Shown here piece after piece: positions 1 through 10,103 of a DNA stretch of 64,000 bases. The DNA comes from a virus. Under the pieces are notes generated by a model that saw only the letters and a list, made by a program, of their open reading frames with translations, did no database searches and was not told the DNA's origin. Position 1 is the stretch's first letter; the number at the start of each line of letters is the position of its first letter. The stretch lies in IMG/VR virus record IMGVR_UViG_3300023184_000030, positions 108,850 through 172,849 of that record; one strand, written 5' to 3'. Both the position numbers and the translations under genes were made by a program.

Positions 1-78
1 AAAGTCGGTTTGGACCAACTCGTCCAGCTTCATGTTGTTTAGTGCTGAACTGGATATAATTATAGAATCTCTTTCCAT
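1..78 (-). CDS. 5' end of a CDS running off the window (MERDSIIISSSALNNMKLDELVQTDF...), probably a baseplate-region protein
   Basis: ATG at 78, 6 nt after the stop of the 85..675 gene; frame open to the window edge. Confidence 0.55.
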   Translation of the reverse strand, partial: MERDSIIISSSALNNMKLDELVQTDF

Positions 79-84
79 TTATCT

Positions 85-675
85 TTAGTTTGTCTGCGGT
101 GTATTGAATCCACCTCCGCCAGCATTCGGAGCGAATACAAAGAATCCTTTTTCTTTGAGTATAGTTTTTTCCCCTGGTTGTAACACATTAGGTGGAAGGT
201 TAAGTTCTGGCTTATTTTTTATCTTATCCTGTAAAAATTTCTTCCTACCGTCGCTTACTTTAAATTTTTTCTGCTCTTGATTTTTCTTGAATACATTATT
301 AGGATTTGTATTTGTGTTGGATGGAACCTCCTGATTCAGAGCTTTCTTAACTCTAAAACTTTCTTTTACAGTACTAGCATCGGGAATTGCTAAAACCATG
401 CCTTCTTTTAAAGAAAATGGATTACCTATTGCATTAAACTTTAATAGCGACCCAACCATACCCGGATCTCCTAGCTTAATAGCTGCTATTAAATCAGGTC
501 TCATTTGGTAATACTCAGTAACGATAAAAAAAGAAGTTATCGATACTGGTAAGTTGTTATATGTTATTGATGCTTTAGTCAAATCCCATATACCATAGGT
601 CCCCGTAGCATTCAAATCGGTTTGAGGATTAAATACCGATTTATTCTGGGTAATAGTGTCTATTATTAATGCCAT
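85..675 (-). CDS. Baseplate wedge protein, T4 gp53-like (LysM-related)
   Basis: RPDLIA...LLKFNAIGNPFSLKEGMVLAIP resembles the gp53/LysM baseplate motif. Confidence 0.6.
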   Translation of the reverse strand: MALIIDTITQNKSVFNPQTDLNATGTYGIWDLTKASITYNNLPVSITSFFIVTEYYQMRPDLIAAIKLGDPGMVGSLLKFNAIGNPFSLKEGMVLAIPDASTVKESFRVKKALNQEVPSNTNTNPNNVFKKNQEQKKFKVSDGRKKFLQDKIKNKPELNLPPNVLQPGEKTILKEKGFFVFAPNAGGGGFNTPQTN

Positions 676-685
676 TTTATATTAA

Positions 686-2560
686 TTAATTTCCGCCTGG
701 ACCCAAAGTGTCAGGTAAAGTGTCAAGCTGACTATTCCATAATCCAGTCGATAATCCTTGATTCGGAGTGTCTTGGCTAAGTACGTTTCCTGCCACATCA
801 GCAACGGCTCCAAAGCTTTGTAAATTAGCAGATGTTTTTTGAGAACTATGATAAAGTCTTCCGTCTCCCCTATTAAATATACTTTCAATTTCTCCTCTTT
901 CTCTGCTTCTTGCGTGTTTTAATGTGAATGTTGCTTTCATAGTGGTTGGGAAATCATCAGGACCTAGGGTGTCACCGAATTCAATGCTAACCCCATCACA
1001 TAGCAGATTTCCAATCATTGCAATAGGATTACATGGATTACCTATAACTACGTGCCATTCTCCTATCGGTGCTCCTGTTAAAAAGCTTAAAGGTGCTTGG
1101 TACTTCTCTATAAATTCACCGGTCATAGCTGTTTTCAAGAATCTAGAAGCATCATCACCTAAAGCGCTCGTTATTTCTTTTAGTGTATCTGATATATTAT
1201 TTCCAGCATTTTTACCTAACCTTGTATAGATCTCTTTTATCTTAGCAATAGAGGATTCGTCATTTTCTCCTACCCCTCCGCTTCCTACTGTTTCAGGTGT
1301 CTCCGCTGAATCACCACCACTCGTGAGGTTAGATAATTTGGATCCGTACGTAATTAGCCATCCCATTGGATCCTTATAATATTCCTGAAGTCCTTCGTCT
1401 CCCCCAGGAAATCCCATTGCAGGAAAGTTGCTGTTATATCTAATATCAGGGGTTAAAAAATTCCCGTAATTTGTGCCAATAGATAAAAGATTACCCATTA
1501 AATCCAAAAAAGCAGCCTTACTGTTAACTTCACCTACTGAGCTCAATTCATATTCAAATATTAGAGTTAATCCGTCCCAGGTAAAACTAAGACCTGTACC
1601 TCTGGTAAACCCATCAGTAACGACATCAACGGGGGTCCAAATATATTCACCCATTATACCTGCTCTTTCCTTAGAAAGATCCCTTAGGCCCTTAGCTCTT
1701 ATACCCTTACTTATTGTTTCATCCTTGTCAGTTGCAATGATAGCTCCCTCAGCAAGAGCTGCACCTGCATCAAAAGCATTACCCATTCCCTCCGACATTT
1801 TCTGTAAAACACCACCAAAAAACTTAACCGGGCCATCCTGGAAAAATCCCTTAGAAAAGGCTTCCTGTACTAAAGTAGCTCCTTGAGAACTTGGGTTCCA
1901 TGTCATTCCAGTACTGAATGCTATAAGATCACTTAGAACATTTCCAGTGTTACCACCAAACCAGGTAACCGCCTGTGCAACAGGTCTACCTGCTCCGCCA
2001 GCGTGATAAGATTCGGTGCTTTTAATACTGTTCTTTTGCCCAGGAACAGAAAGATTATCCAAAACAGGGGTAGGAAATCTTCTCAATGTTATCATATAGT
2101 TATTAGGGATAGTACCGTAGTGTTTACAGTACAAAAAGTCTTTCCAATAATAAGGTGCAGAAAGTCCGCCTATGATAGATCCTTCTATGCCACCGAGGAG
2201 TCCGCCTAATATACCTACGTTTACGTCGGCTACTGCTTCAAATGTTGATGTTTCTCTAACAAGAAAACCAGCTGTTGGATTTTTAGACTGTATTGAGGAT
2301 ACCCTAGTGTTATAATCGGAAGATTCAGATCTATAATAGGCATCGATGAAATCGTTTCCCCCGCTTCCTAGAGAATAAAAAAGGTATTGCCCATATTTTC
2401 CTGGTGTCCTCTTAGCAGCCTCATAGAATAAACTCCTGGCAGTCGGACCCTTATATGGATTATTAGAACCTAGATTACTTGCTTCGGATATTATATCACC
2501 AGCAGTACCCTGAAGTGCTGCTTCATAGAGTAAACCAAACCTTTCCTTATCTCCTGGCAT
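686..2560 (-). CDS. Putative baseplate or tail-tube initiator protein (gp48/gp54-like tube fold)
   Basis: 624 aa; C-terminal GNP..PIAMIGNL.C..V.IEF...DDFPT.MKATFTL resembles tube-fold baseplate proteins; adjacent to the gp53-like gene. Confidence 0.4.
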   Translation of the reverse strand: MPGDKERFGLLYEAALQGTAGDIISEASNLGSNNPYKGPTARSLFYEAAKRTPGKYGQYLFYSLGSGGNDFIDAYYRSESSDYNTRVSSIQSKNPTAGFLVRETSTFEAVADVNVGILGGLLGGIEGSIIGGLSAPYYWKDFLYCKHYGTIPNNYMITLRRFPTPVLDNLSVPGQKNSIKSTESYHAGGAGRPVAQAVTWFGGNTGNVLSDLIAFSTGMTWNPSSQGATLVQEAFSKGFFQDGPVKFFGGVLQKMSEGMGNAFDAGAALAEGAIIATDKDETISKGIRAKGLRDLSKERAGIMGEYIWTPVDVVTDGFTRGTGLSFTWDGLTLIFEYELSSVGEVNSKAAFLDLMGNLLSIGTNYGNFLTPDIRYNSNFPAMGFPGGDEGLQEYYKDPMGWLITYGSKLSNLTSGGDSAETPETVGSGGVGENDESSIAKIKEIYTRLGKNAGNNISDTLKEITSALGDDASRFLKTAMTGEFIEKYQAPLSFLTGAPIGEWHVVIGNPCNPIAMIGNLLCDGVSIEFGDTLGPDDFPTTMKATFTLKHARSRERGEIESIFNRGDGRLYHSSQKTSANLQSFGAVADVAGNVLSQDTPNQGLSTGLWNSQLDTLPDTLGPGGN

Positions 2561-2580
2561 TTTTAACTATCACTATTTTT

Positions 2581-2910
2581 TTACAAATTGTGGATAGCAT
2601 AATCTATTGTTTCTGAGAATTCCTCAAGAAACTCCTCCAAATTTGATTTAAAGTCAGGAGGCATGTTTCTATAGCAAACAAGTATACTATCACACTTATT
2701 ACTATATATTCCTTGAGTTATTTTATTACGAATTGAATGATTTAGTATAAATTCGGATTCGGGATTTAGATTAATTGTCTCATATCCAAGATCTCTTATT
2801 ATTTTAGTTATGTCTATAACATAGAAATCACAAGAAAAATTTGATCTTTTTCTTGCCTCTTTTGGTGAGTGTTTGGAAATATAAAAATTCACATTGGTCC
2901 CTTTAGTCAT
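2581..2910 (-). CDS. Hypothetical protein
   Basis: 109-aa ORF tightly packed in the minus-strand operon. Confidence 0.7.
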   Translation of the reverse strand: MTKGTNVNFYISKHSPKEARKRSNFSCDFYVIDITKIIRDLGYETINLNPESEFILNHSIRNKITQGIYSNKCDSILVCYRNMPPDFKSNLEEFLEEFSETIDYAIHNL

Positions 2911-2912
2911 TA

Positions 2913-3200
2913 TTAGCTATTTTCTATTTTTTCCCAATCTTTGCTCAATAGCATCGACTGAAAACTACCGTACTCGTTAGATTCGTTTCGGTATGTAAAT
3001 ATTTCATTATCTTGAATGCTATCAGGTTTTTCAAATTTTCTTTTAGCTATCTCGTTATTCTTCATATCCTGAAGATTTTGTCTATGTAACTCCCTTCCGT
3101 TTTCTGCACTGGTCATCGACGAATTTTCAGAAAATGGTTTATATGACTTAAGTAAGCCAAATTGTCTAAGTAGTTTTCTTCTTTCTCTTCTATTTTGCAT
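2913..3200 (-). CDS. Hypothetical protein (basic NRRERR N-terminus)
   Basis: 95-aa ORF, operon packing. Confidence 0.7.
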   Translation of the reverse strand: MQNRRERRKLLRQFGLLKSYKPFSENSSMTSAENGRELHRQNLQDMKNNEIAKRKFEKPDSIQDNEIFTYRNESNEYGSFQSMLLSKDWEKIENS

Positions 3201-3211
3201 TTTTAATTTCT

Positions 3212-3799
3212 TTAGATGTCTACACTAAATCCTTTTGATTTACCAAAGGTTGAATCGTCTCTGTTATAAAGATCCATACCAACTACAAACTTAAAAAGTT
3301 TTAAAAATATTGCAGGAACGAATACGTCTTTTGCTTTAACAACATCGTTAGCTGGGATAAAGATGAACTCCGATAATCTCTCAGATTCTGATCCATCTGT
3401 CGTAGGTGTACCCCTTTCTATTCCAGTGACATCCACACCAAAGCAAGGATGCTCCGCATCCACCATTTTAGAGGCCGTTACAGTGCCTAAAAAGTGCCAC
3501 TTAGTGTTATCATCAATATCAAATCCTGACTCTTCTTTTAGCTCCCTTTTAGCTGTTTCCAGGAAGTCTGGATCTTCTTCCTCTGATGTTCCCGATATCA
3601 GACTAATAGAATATCCACCTTCCCTAAATGGGTTCTTTTCCTTAAGGACTCCTAGCATTAATGGTAATCCCTGATCGTCAGTAACAAAGGGTAATATCAC
3701 AACAGATTCTACAGTTGATCTTATACCTACTTTACCTTCTCTTTCGACTACATCAAATTTTGGTGTAGATGAAAGTATTTTTTCTGAATTATTCGTCAT
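3212..3799 (-). CDS. Nudix hydrolase
   Basis: Nudix box GTSEEEDPDFLETAKRELKEESGF. Confidence 0.88.
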   Translation of the reverse strand: MTNNSEKILSSTPKFDVVEREGKVGIRSTVESVVILPFVTDDQGLPLMLGVLKEKNPFREGGYSISLISGTSEEEDPDFLETAKRELKEESGFDIDDNTKWHFLGTVTASKMVDAEHPCFGVDVTGIERGTPTTDGSESERLSEFIFIPANDVVKAKDVFVPAIFLKLFKFVVGMDLYNRDDSTFGKSKGFSVDI

Positions 3800-4451
3800 C
3801 GCTTTCTTGTTTTACTGTTGTTGTTCTTTTTTCCCCTACTGATGAAGGTGCTTTAGCTTTTTCTACCTTTTCATAATAAGACTTTTTGATTGAATCTGCA
3901 AGGGATGCTTTAATATCCTCTATGTCTACTCCATCCAAAACAAAGTCTATTATTTCTCTTTCTGCATCTTCAAAAGAGCCCGATAAAACAGTGTAAAGAT
4001 CCTTTGGTGGAAGATTCAATTTTATCTTAATCGAAACATCAACCATGTTTTTTTTCTGCTTTTTCAGTAGCTTATATATCGGGGAATCGTTTTGAGGTAT
4101 TTTAGAATCATCATATATTATTGATGTAACTGATGTATGCTCATTAGATCTTGTCTGAACTGGTGGATTGTTAACTGGAATACTCTGTACAGGTTGTGCA
4201 GGCAGCATTATCACATACTCATTAAGAAGCTCTGAATTTATTCTTTTCCCGCTCTGGAACTCTATGAATGAAAGATCCCCATTTAATACAATGTCCTTGT
4301 ATTTTTCATCCATTCCAATATCATCACCTTTGATCCATTGGTAATCAAATGCACCATAATATGAGCGAGCATCATTTATTGTTTGTTCACTTATTTCCAT
4401 TTTTTTCTTTTTTTTATCCTTCTTATTAAATAATGAAGACAATATCCCCAT
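3789..4451 (-). CDS. Hypothetical protein
   Basis: 220-aa ORF overlapping the next start codon. Confidence 0.75.
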   Translation of the reverse strand: MGILSSLFNKKDKKKKKMEISEQTINDARSYYGAFDYQWIKGDDIGMDEKYKDIVLNGDLSFIEFQSGKRINSELLNEYVIMLPAQPVQSIPVNNPPVQTRSNEHTSVTSIIYDDSKIPQNDSPIYKLLKKQKKNMVDVSIKIKLNLPPKDLYTVLSGSFEDAEREIIDFVLDGVDIEDIKASLADSIKKSYYEKVEKAKAPSSVGEKRTTTVKQESDDE

Positions 4452-4455
4452 AGCT

Positions 4456-4725
4456 TTACTTTTTATCAGATTTTTTAGGAATTGTTTCTAAAGTTCTTTG
4501 ACTATACGATTCATCAAATGATCTTATATTGCTATAAAGATCCCCTGTAGTTATCCAGGAAGACTCACCTCTTTTACTTTTTCTCTTATCGTATTTCCAG
4601 ACCTCTATTATATTATCTAGATCCTTATCTGGGTGTCTGGAATACTCTACCACAGAATACCCAGAGACCTTACTTAAAGTAAGTCTTTCTCCGTAGGGTA
4701 AAACAAAATCCTCATCTATCTCCAT
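4456..4725 (-). CDS. Hypothetical protein
   Basis: 89-aa ORF directly downstream of a GAAAC-N18-TACAAT motif. Confidence 0.7.
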   Translation of the reverse strand: MEIDEDFVLPYGERLTLSKVSGYSVVEYSRHPDKDLDNIIEVWKYDKRKSKRGESSWITTGDLYSNIRSFDESYSQRTLETIPKKSDKK

Positions 4726-4730
4726 ATCTA

Positions 4731-4759
4731 ATTGTAGAAATTGGAGGAGTCTTTGTTTC
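4731..4759 (-). promoter_or_regulatory. Putative middle (ECF-type) promoter GAAAC-N18-TACAAT
   Basis: Same motif and spacing recurs upstream of 7 genes. Confidence 0.6.
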
Positions 4760-4770
4760 GACTTTAAAAT

Positions 4771-5700
4771 TTATTCTTCTGGTAGTTTTGCAGAGATCTC
4801 TTCTACTTCTCTCTTGTTCATGAATTCAGAAAGGAGTGAAGCTATATTCTTTAGCATTTCTCTGTCTTGTGATCCTGAATCTACTGAACTCCTATAGTGC
4901 TTTAGCAAAGACTCCTCGTCAGAGTTGTCTTGTATATCCATTGCTCTCTTAGTTAAATATTTAACATAAGGATCTGGATTTTTTACATCAGTAAATCCCC
5001 CCGGAACTGTAATTATGTCCATATCTGGGATTTTAAAAGATGTTTTTTTATTTAGAGAATCATTGTTTATATAAACACAAGGATGGTGATCGCTAGAATT
5101 TAGATATATTTTAAATTTAGATAAAAGATCATCCTTAGCTCTCTTTGATATCTCAATAAGCATTCCATTATCTAATTTAGCATCCCAAATGTAATCTCCG
5201 CATGATTCGAAGGATTCTATGGATCCAGGTATACCTAACAAATCCATAAACAATTCTACATCGTCTTGTGCATTCTGTGTTGTCCTGTCTTGTCCTGTGG
5301 TTTTTGAATATTCTAAATGATTTGCAAAATCTTCAATGAAATCATCTATCCTTGATCTGTTACTTTCTTTTGATATCCACTTCTTATAGGGATCTAAGTC
5401 TAATTCTATTATAGAACCATTATTATCTTTTTTAAATGAAATCGCATCATTGGGTATCCAAACATACTCCGACTCGTTGCCAGAGGAATCTACATAACAT
5501 ATAGCTATGGACGTTTCATTTTTCTTAGGAATTATTATTTTATCGGAAGGTATTTCTTTTTCCCCAGCTGTTAAATCTACGGGAGATATAATATAACCGC
5601 CATCCCATGAATCTTTAACCCCTGGTATGTGATAAGATTGTCCCTCGTTAATCTTATTTTTCTGAAAATCATTAAATCCTAATATCATCCTATTATACAT
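4771..5700 (-). CDS. Hypothetical protein, candidate internal head protein
   Basis: 309 aa; N-terminal ILGFNDFQKNKINE motif. Confidence 0.7.
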   Translation of the reverse strand: MYNRMILGFNDFQKNKINEGQSYHIPGVKDSWDGGYIISPVDLTAGEKEIPSDKIIIPKKNETSIAICYVDSSGNESEYVWIPNDAISFKKDNNGSIIELDLDPYKKWISKESNRSRIDDFIEDFANHLEYSKTTGQDRTTQNAQDDVELFMDLLGIPGSIESFESCGDYIWDAKLDNGMLIEISKRAKDDLLSKFKIYLNSSDHHPCVYINNDSLNKKTSFKIPDMDIITVPGGFTDVKNPDPYVKYLTKRAMDIQDNSDEESLLKHYRSSVDSGSQDREMLKNIASLLSEFMNKREVEEISAKLPEE

Positions 5701-6133
5701 TATCGTTTCCGAAAGAAACCGTAATTTTAAAATTCTTTGGATCTGTAGATTTATTCATATCGATTAATAGATTCTTTGGATAAGTAGGTATTACGCTAGC
5801 AAGCTTTTCCACATTAAGTTGGCTATAATCTATGGTTTTACCAGGTATCAAATCTATATCAAATTGTTTATGTTCGTTCGGATAATCATCCACGCTAAAC
5901 TCAAGCTCTATCAGATCAATATTAAATATGAAATCATCGATACCTGCTTTTTTAATTATCAGATCAATGCTATACTCAATAAAAGCTTTAGAATCATCAA
6001 TGTCGCTGTATTCATCAGGCCTATTAAAAAGATCAATCTCAATATATTTTAATTCCATCCCAAATGAGTAATCCCCTCTAGAAGCACCCTTCTTAGAAGA
6101 GCTAAATGCAGAATAGTCGTAAATTCTTCCCAC
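5693..6133 (-). CDS. Hypothetical protein
   Basis: 146 aa, GTG start about 20 nt downstream of a GATATATA motif. Confidence 0.7.
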   Translation of the reverse strand: MGRIYDYSAFSSSKKGASRGDYSFGMELKYIEIDLFNRPDEYSDIDDSKAFIEYSIDLIIKKAGIDDFIFNIDLIELEFSVDDYPNEHKQFDIDLIPGKTIDYSQLNVEKLASVIPTYPKNLLIDMNKSTDPKNFKITVSFGNDNV

Positions 6134-6152
6134 TTTTGTTAGATTTTTCTTC

Positions 6153-6192
6153 TATATATCCGATTTACTATTTTTAATAACGGGAATATATA
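6153..6192. promoter_or_regulatory. Divergent putative late promoters (GATATATA on minus at 6153-6160; AATATATA on plus at 6185-6192)
   Basis: Recurrent RATAWATA motif in the gap between divergent genes. Confidence 0.6.
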
Positions 6193-6221
6193 ATTAAGTA
6201 TACTAACTAAATAATAAGGGT

Positions 6222-6950
6222 ATGACAAAGAGCATAAGTCCTGTATGGTTCCTTAGAGAGCCTATAGATCCAGAGCACAAAGAGTATGTGCTATTAGATT
6301 ACTTAAAAGAAACGAGTAAGAGGTTAAACAAGGAAAATTGTTACCCTATAATGAAGGAAATCTCCAAGATAGTAAAAATACTAAACGAATTTAGGAAGGA
6401 TAAAACAATTAGTGAATCCGTCAAGAAGTCGCTGGGAAAGGTGGACAGAGACTATATCAATTCTTTCGTCTTTAAGGATCTTTTACCCGGTCAAAAGGAA
6501 ACCCTAGATCTTATAATAGAAGACTCTCTGGAGACATTGTATGACTATTCCGAGATATGTTTAGATATCTTAAAGGAGGAAGAATCTAAAATAAAAATAT
6601 TCCGGATTCAATCCAAATTTGATAATGAGGATAATCTTGTAAATTCAGGAATAGTTATCATCAGAAATATGGTAACTGATAAACTACTTAATTATTTCTT
6701 TAAATCAAATGTCAGAATGGAAACACCAGATGGAGACAAGGAGGTTTCAATTTTAAAGAAGATACATTTAAAAAATTCATTCTTCTCATTGAACTATGAG
6801 TATATCTACCATGAGATCCTAAATGAGATCAACACAGATAACAAATATTCGCCCAAATTCTATGTTGTTGAGATATATGAGAACTTCGAGGAAACATCTG
6901 AGATCTACAAGTTAGCCAAAGAAAAATTCATAGAACATATAGGAGTATAA
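6222..6950 (+). CDS. Hypothetical protein (the only credible plus-strand gene)
   Basis: 242-aa ORF filling a gap, with its own promoter motif and a downstream bidirectional terminator. Confidence 0.8.
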   Translation: MTKSISPVWFLREPIDPEHKEYVLLDYLKETSKRLNKENCYPIMKEISKIVKILNEFRKDKTISESVKKSLGKVDRDYINSFVFKDLLPGQKETLDLIIEDSLETLYDYSEICLDILKEEESKIKIFRIQSKFDNEDNLVNSGIVIIRNMVTDKLLNYFFKSNVRMETPDGDKEVSILKKIHLKNSFFSLNYEYIYHEILNEINTDNKYSPKFYVVEIYENFEETSEIYKLAKEKFIEHIGV

Positions 6951-6957
6951 GGATCAC

Positions 6958-6984
6958 AAAAAAAGAGCCAATAGGCTCTTTTTT
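6958..6984. terminator. Bidirectional rho-independent terminator
   Basis: AAAAGAGCC-AATA-GGCTCTTTT between convergent genes. Confidence 0.85.
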
Positions 6985-7002
6985 ATTATAGGGTTATTCC
7001 TT

Positions 7003-7350
7003 TTAGAAATCCTTTAGCCTAGTTATAGATGAATCAATATTTAATGATTCGCTGGCATCCATATTAAAAATGCCACCTACACCTGGCGCATCAACAATAC
7101 CTGTTTTATCACTTCCCATATTTATTCTATAACCCGGTGCATCTATTTTAGATTGCTTACCGAAAACAGAATCTGCGTATCCCGCATAATCGTATGCTGG
7201 TTCTCTTTTTATTTCTGATTGGCCTGATTTTGGTGACATCTCGCCTGACTGGTTTTCACCCGAGAGAGGCTTATATGTGTTATCATGCACTTTTGAAAGG
7301 AATTTCTTAAAATCTAAGATTTCTCTTTGCGATACGTTTTGTATATTCAT
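7003..7350 (-). CDS. Hypothetical protein, candidate internal head protein
   Basis: 115 aa; ILDFKKFL near the N-terminus. Confidence 0.7.
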   Translation of the reverse strand: MNIQNVSQREILDFKKFLSKVHDNTYKPLSGENQSGEMSPKSGQSEIKREPAYDYAGYADSVFGKQSKIDAPGYRINMGSDKTGIVDAPGVGGIFNMDASESLNIDSSITRLKDF

Positions 7351-7366
7351 GGTTTATTTTTTAATA

Positions 7367-8029
7367 TTAAGATTCTTTTTTTCCAGACAAAGAATTCCAG
7401 AAAGTTGAAAGGTAATCCATTGCTCCCGCGCTATTTCCTGATTTAGTTGAGTTACTAGGTTTACCATAGAATTGTGCGGCCTTATCTTTTGCAATACTTG
7501 AAAGCTGTGCTTTATCGCTAGGATTCAGGGATGCTAAAGCGTCTCTTCCAACAGATCCTTTTGCTCCAGGACCTCCGAATGCTTCTATTAGTGCATTTTC
7601 TATTATCATTCTTCCTTTATCCGATTGTAACCCCTCTCTTAATGTAGAGTAAAGCCATCCTGTAGGTTTTATACCCATTTGTGTAGCTAGAGTATCTAAA
7701 CCTTTTCTTTGTATAAATTCCTGTAAAGCTTTTGCCATCATTGGTGCAAGGTATTCAACGTTAGCTTTTTCCCCTGTTAATAATTTAGGGTAATCTTCAA
7801 TAGGAATCTGGTCTATAACTTCCTGTACGATAACAGACATATTAGAGTTTTCTTCAACCCCTATCTGCTCCATTAATTTAGCAGCAACCTTTTGTTTTAT
7901 AGTTTTTCTGAGGCCCTCACCAGCAAATCCGAGTAAGCCATTAAAAAATCCACCCAGATCGCTGAACTGGAATGATTCGTTTGTTTCTTCGTCAGAAAAT
8001 GCATCAAAATCTTTAATAATTCTAGACAT
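7367..8029 (-). CDS. Hypothetical protein, candidate internal head protein
   Basis: 220 aa; MSRIIKDFDAF...NE N-terminus; GATATATA at 8050-8057. Confidence 0.75.
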   Translation of the reverse strand: MSRIIKDFDAFSDEETNESFQFSDLGGFFNGLLGFAGEGLRKTIKQKVAAKLMEQIGVEENSNMSVIVQEVIDQIPIEDYPKLLTGEKANVEYLAPMMAKALQEFIQRKGLDTLATQMGIKPTGWLYSTLREGLQSDKGRMIIENALIEAFGGPGAKGSVGRDALASLNPSDKAQLSSIAKDKAAQFYGKPSNSTKSGNSAGAMDYLSTFWNSLSGKKES

Positions 8030-8087
8030 CTATGTTCTTTTATTTTAACTATATATCCACAGAAGAATTATTAATCCAAGGAGTATA

Positions 8088-9494
8088 TTATACGTTGTCC
8101 AGAAAAAGATCCACAGCTTTTTGTCTATATTTAAGCTTATCCTCCTTAATCTCTGGATTTTTTAATGCCTCTTTCTTTCTATTAACAACTGAGTCCGGAA
8201 GCATTGGACCAAATGTGTCCTTTAGTATCTTTTTATCAGTTCTCCATTCGAGGGGAAGATGTAGAGCAAATCTAACTATATCAAGATTTAAGAAAGGACT
8301 TCTTAGCTCCAGTGTATGAGCCATTGACATCTTATCTAATCGGGGTAAGTGATAATATGGTAACTCCTCAAATACATCAGACTGCTGTGAGTCATATTCA
8401 TGTATTCTTGAATATCCTCCAAATAGCTCATCCGATCCGTCGCCACTTAAAACTATCCTATAACCAGATTCTTTCTTAACTGCCTCGAATAAATGATACT
8501 GTGGGATCACTGAGCCTAAATCCACCGGTGTTTCATTCCATAGCGTGTATATAAGAGCATTCTTACTTGAATCCATACTATAGTCTAGAAAATTGACAGG
8601 AGTGCTTAAATGGGCGCTTAAATCATTTACAAACGGGGTTTCTCCATTCTCTATAGTAAACCAGGTAACCCTGGCATTCATTTCTTTTAATACCCCTGCT
8701 ATAATCGAAGAATCGAGACCTCCTGATACCAAAAGTGATATTGGATAGTTCTTAGAAACAAGTCTATTTTTTACACTCTCAAACATCTTATCCCATAGCC
8801 AACTCATATGGGTTTCATAATCCGCACCTTCTAGTTCGGATATCGGGGATTCCCAAGTTCTATAGTAAGGGCCATACGTTTGTTCAAATAGGGGTGATGC
8901 TATATTATAAAAATAAAAGGTGTTAGGAAGGATTCTTTTAATCGATTTAATCGGTGTTCTGTTGTCCTTATTGTAACCCCATTTTCTGATAGCACTTATA
9001 TAGGTTTCGTCTAACTCATCCAGTACCGTGGTAAGACCTTTAATCTCTGAACAGATCTCCCCCAGGTCGTTTTTATAAAGGCATTTTTTTCCCAAAGGAT
9101 CTGTGAATGCAATCACACTCCCTTTATTTGAGTCGTATATTACAACTGCCCAAAATCCATCCCAAGTTTGTATGTGTGGTGAATATGCAGCAGCAAAGAA
9201 TTCCAGATTACCCCCTTTATAGCCACTGAATAAACTACATAGATATTCGGTATCAGAGGAGAATGTAGTTCTGTCATAATTAAATATTTCCCCATTAAAC
9301 ATCAAATATACACCAGGTGAAACTTCCCTTGGCTGATTCCATTCATCTCCATCGGAGGTCTGAATTGGCAATCTATGATGGCATAAGGTAACCTTATCAA
9401 GTTCCTCCACAGATCTTTCTATCCCTCTGTGTTTTATTGTATCCAAAATTTCCGGATGCTTATCCGCTCTAGTTGTTAATAGTATTCCGCACAT
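8088..9494 (-). CDS. asnB: Asparagine synthetase B-like glutamine amidotransferase
   Basis: N-terminal MCGI Ntn nucleophile, HHRL and FNGEIFN; synthetase SGGLDSS, SGDGSDELFGGY, RLDKMSMAH.LE.RSPFL. Confidence 0.9.
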   Translation of the reverse strand: MCGILLTTRADKHPEILDTIKHRGIERSVEELDKVTLCHHRLPIQTSDGDEWNQPREVSPGVYLMFNGEIFNYDRTTFSSDTEYLCSLFSGYKGGNLEFFAAAYSPHIQTWDGFWAVVIYDSNKGSVIAFTDPLGKKCLYKNDLGEICSEIKGLTTVLDELDETYISAIRKWGYNKDNRTPIKSIKRILPNTFYFYNIASPLFEQTYGPYYRTWESPISELEGADYETHMSWLWDKMFESVKNRLVSKNYPISLLVSGGLDSSIIAGVLKEMNARVTWFTIENGETPFVNDLSAHLSTPVNFLDYSMDSSKNALIYTLWNETPVDLGSVIPQYHLFEAVKKESGYRIVLSGDGSDELFGGYSRIHEYDSQQSDVFEELPYYHLPRLDKMSMAHTLELRSPFLNLDIVRFALHLPLEWRTDKKILKDTFGPMLPDSVVNRKKEALKNPEIKEDKLKYRQKAVDLFLDNV

Positions 9495-9500
9495 GTTTTT

Positions 9501-10061
9501 TTAATTAAAAAGTATATCTTCAAACATTGAGTCTATATTGCTCACTGATTGGTCGTCGAATTTATTTGTAAATGCCCATATCTTATGTAGTCCAGCTTCT
9601 TGAAACATTGATATTACTTTCTCATAAGTAGCTCTTTCCCTCGTGTCGCCATCTATATGATCCCACTGATCTTTACTTCTATCTGACTTGTCTGGATTTT
9701 CCCCATTTATATAAATGATAGTGATCTCGTGAAGAAGCGAGTATTTCTTCAATATCTCTATTTGATTCTTAGCTTCTTCCTCAGTTATTCTACCCTCGAG
9801 CAATCCCCACACTAAGACAGTTAATATTCCTCTGTCGTGTATGAACGATCCCTGAGGTATGTCTTTTGCTAACTGCATAAGCATAAATTCTTTGCCCAAT
9901 GAAAATGCATGGGCTTCTTTGCTATCCTCGCTTTTTAGATTTAGATCGCTAAAGAAATTAGCAAACTTAAACTGAAATCTTGGAATATGAAAATATTCTG
10001 AGATATGCTCAGATAAAAATGTCTTGCCTGAATTTCTTGGACCTTCAAATACGTATACCAT
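9501..10061 (-). CDS. Thymidylate/dNMP kinase-like P-loop kinase
   Basis: FEGPRNSGKT Walker A and the IHDRG motif; start reassigned to ATG 10061 (MVYVFEG). Confidence 0.8.
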   Translation of the reverse strand: MVYVFEGPRNSGKTFLSEHISEYFHIPRFQFKFANFFSDLNLKSEDSKEAHAFSLGKEFMLMQLAKDIPQGSFIHDRGILTVLVWGLLEGRITEEEAKNQIEILKKYSLLHEITIIYINGENPDKSDRSKDQWDHIDGDTRERATYEKVISMFQEAGLHKIWAFTNKFDDQSVSNIDSMFEDILFN

Positions 10062-10103
10062 ATATTTCTTTCTATAGCGGAACACCACACATGTTCCACA
10101 TAG

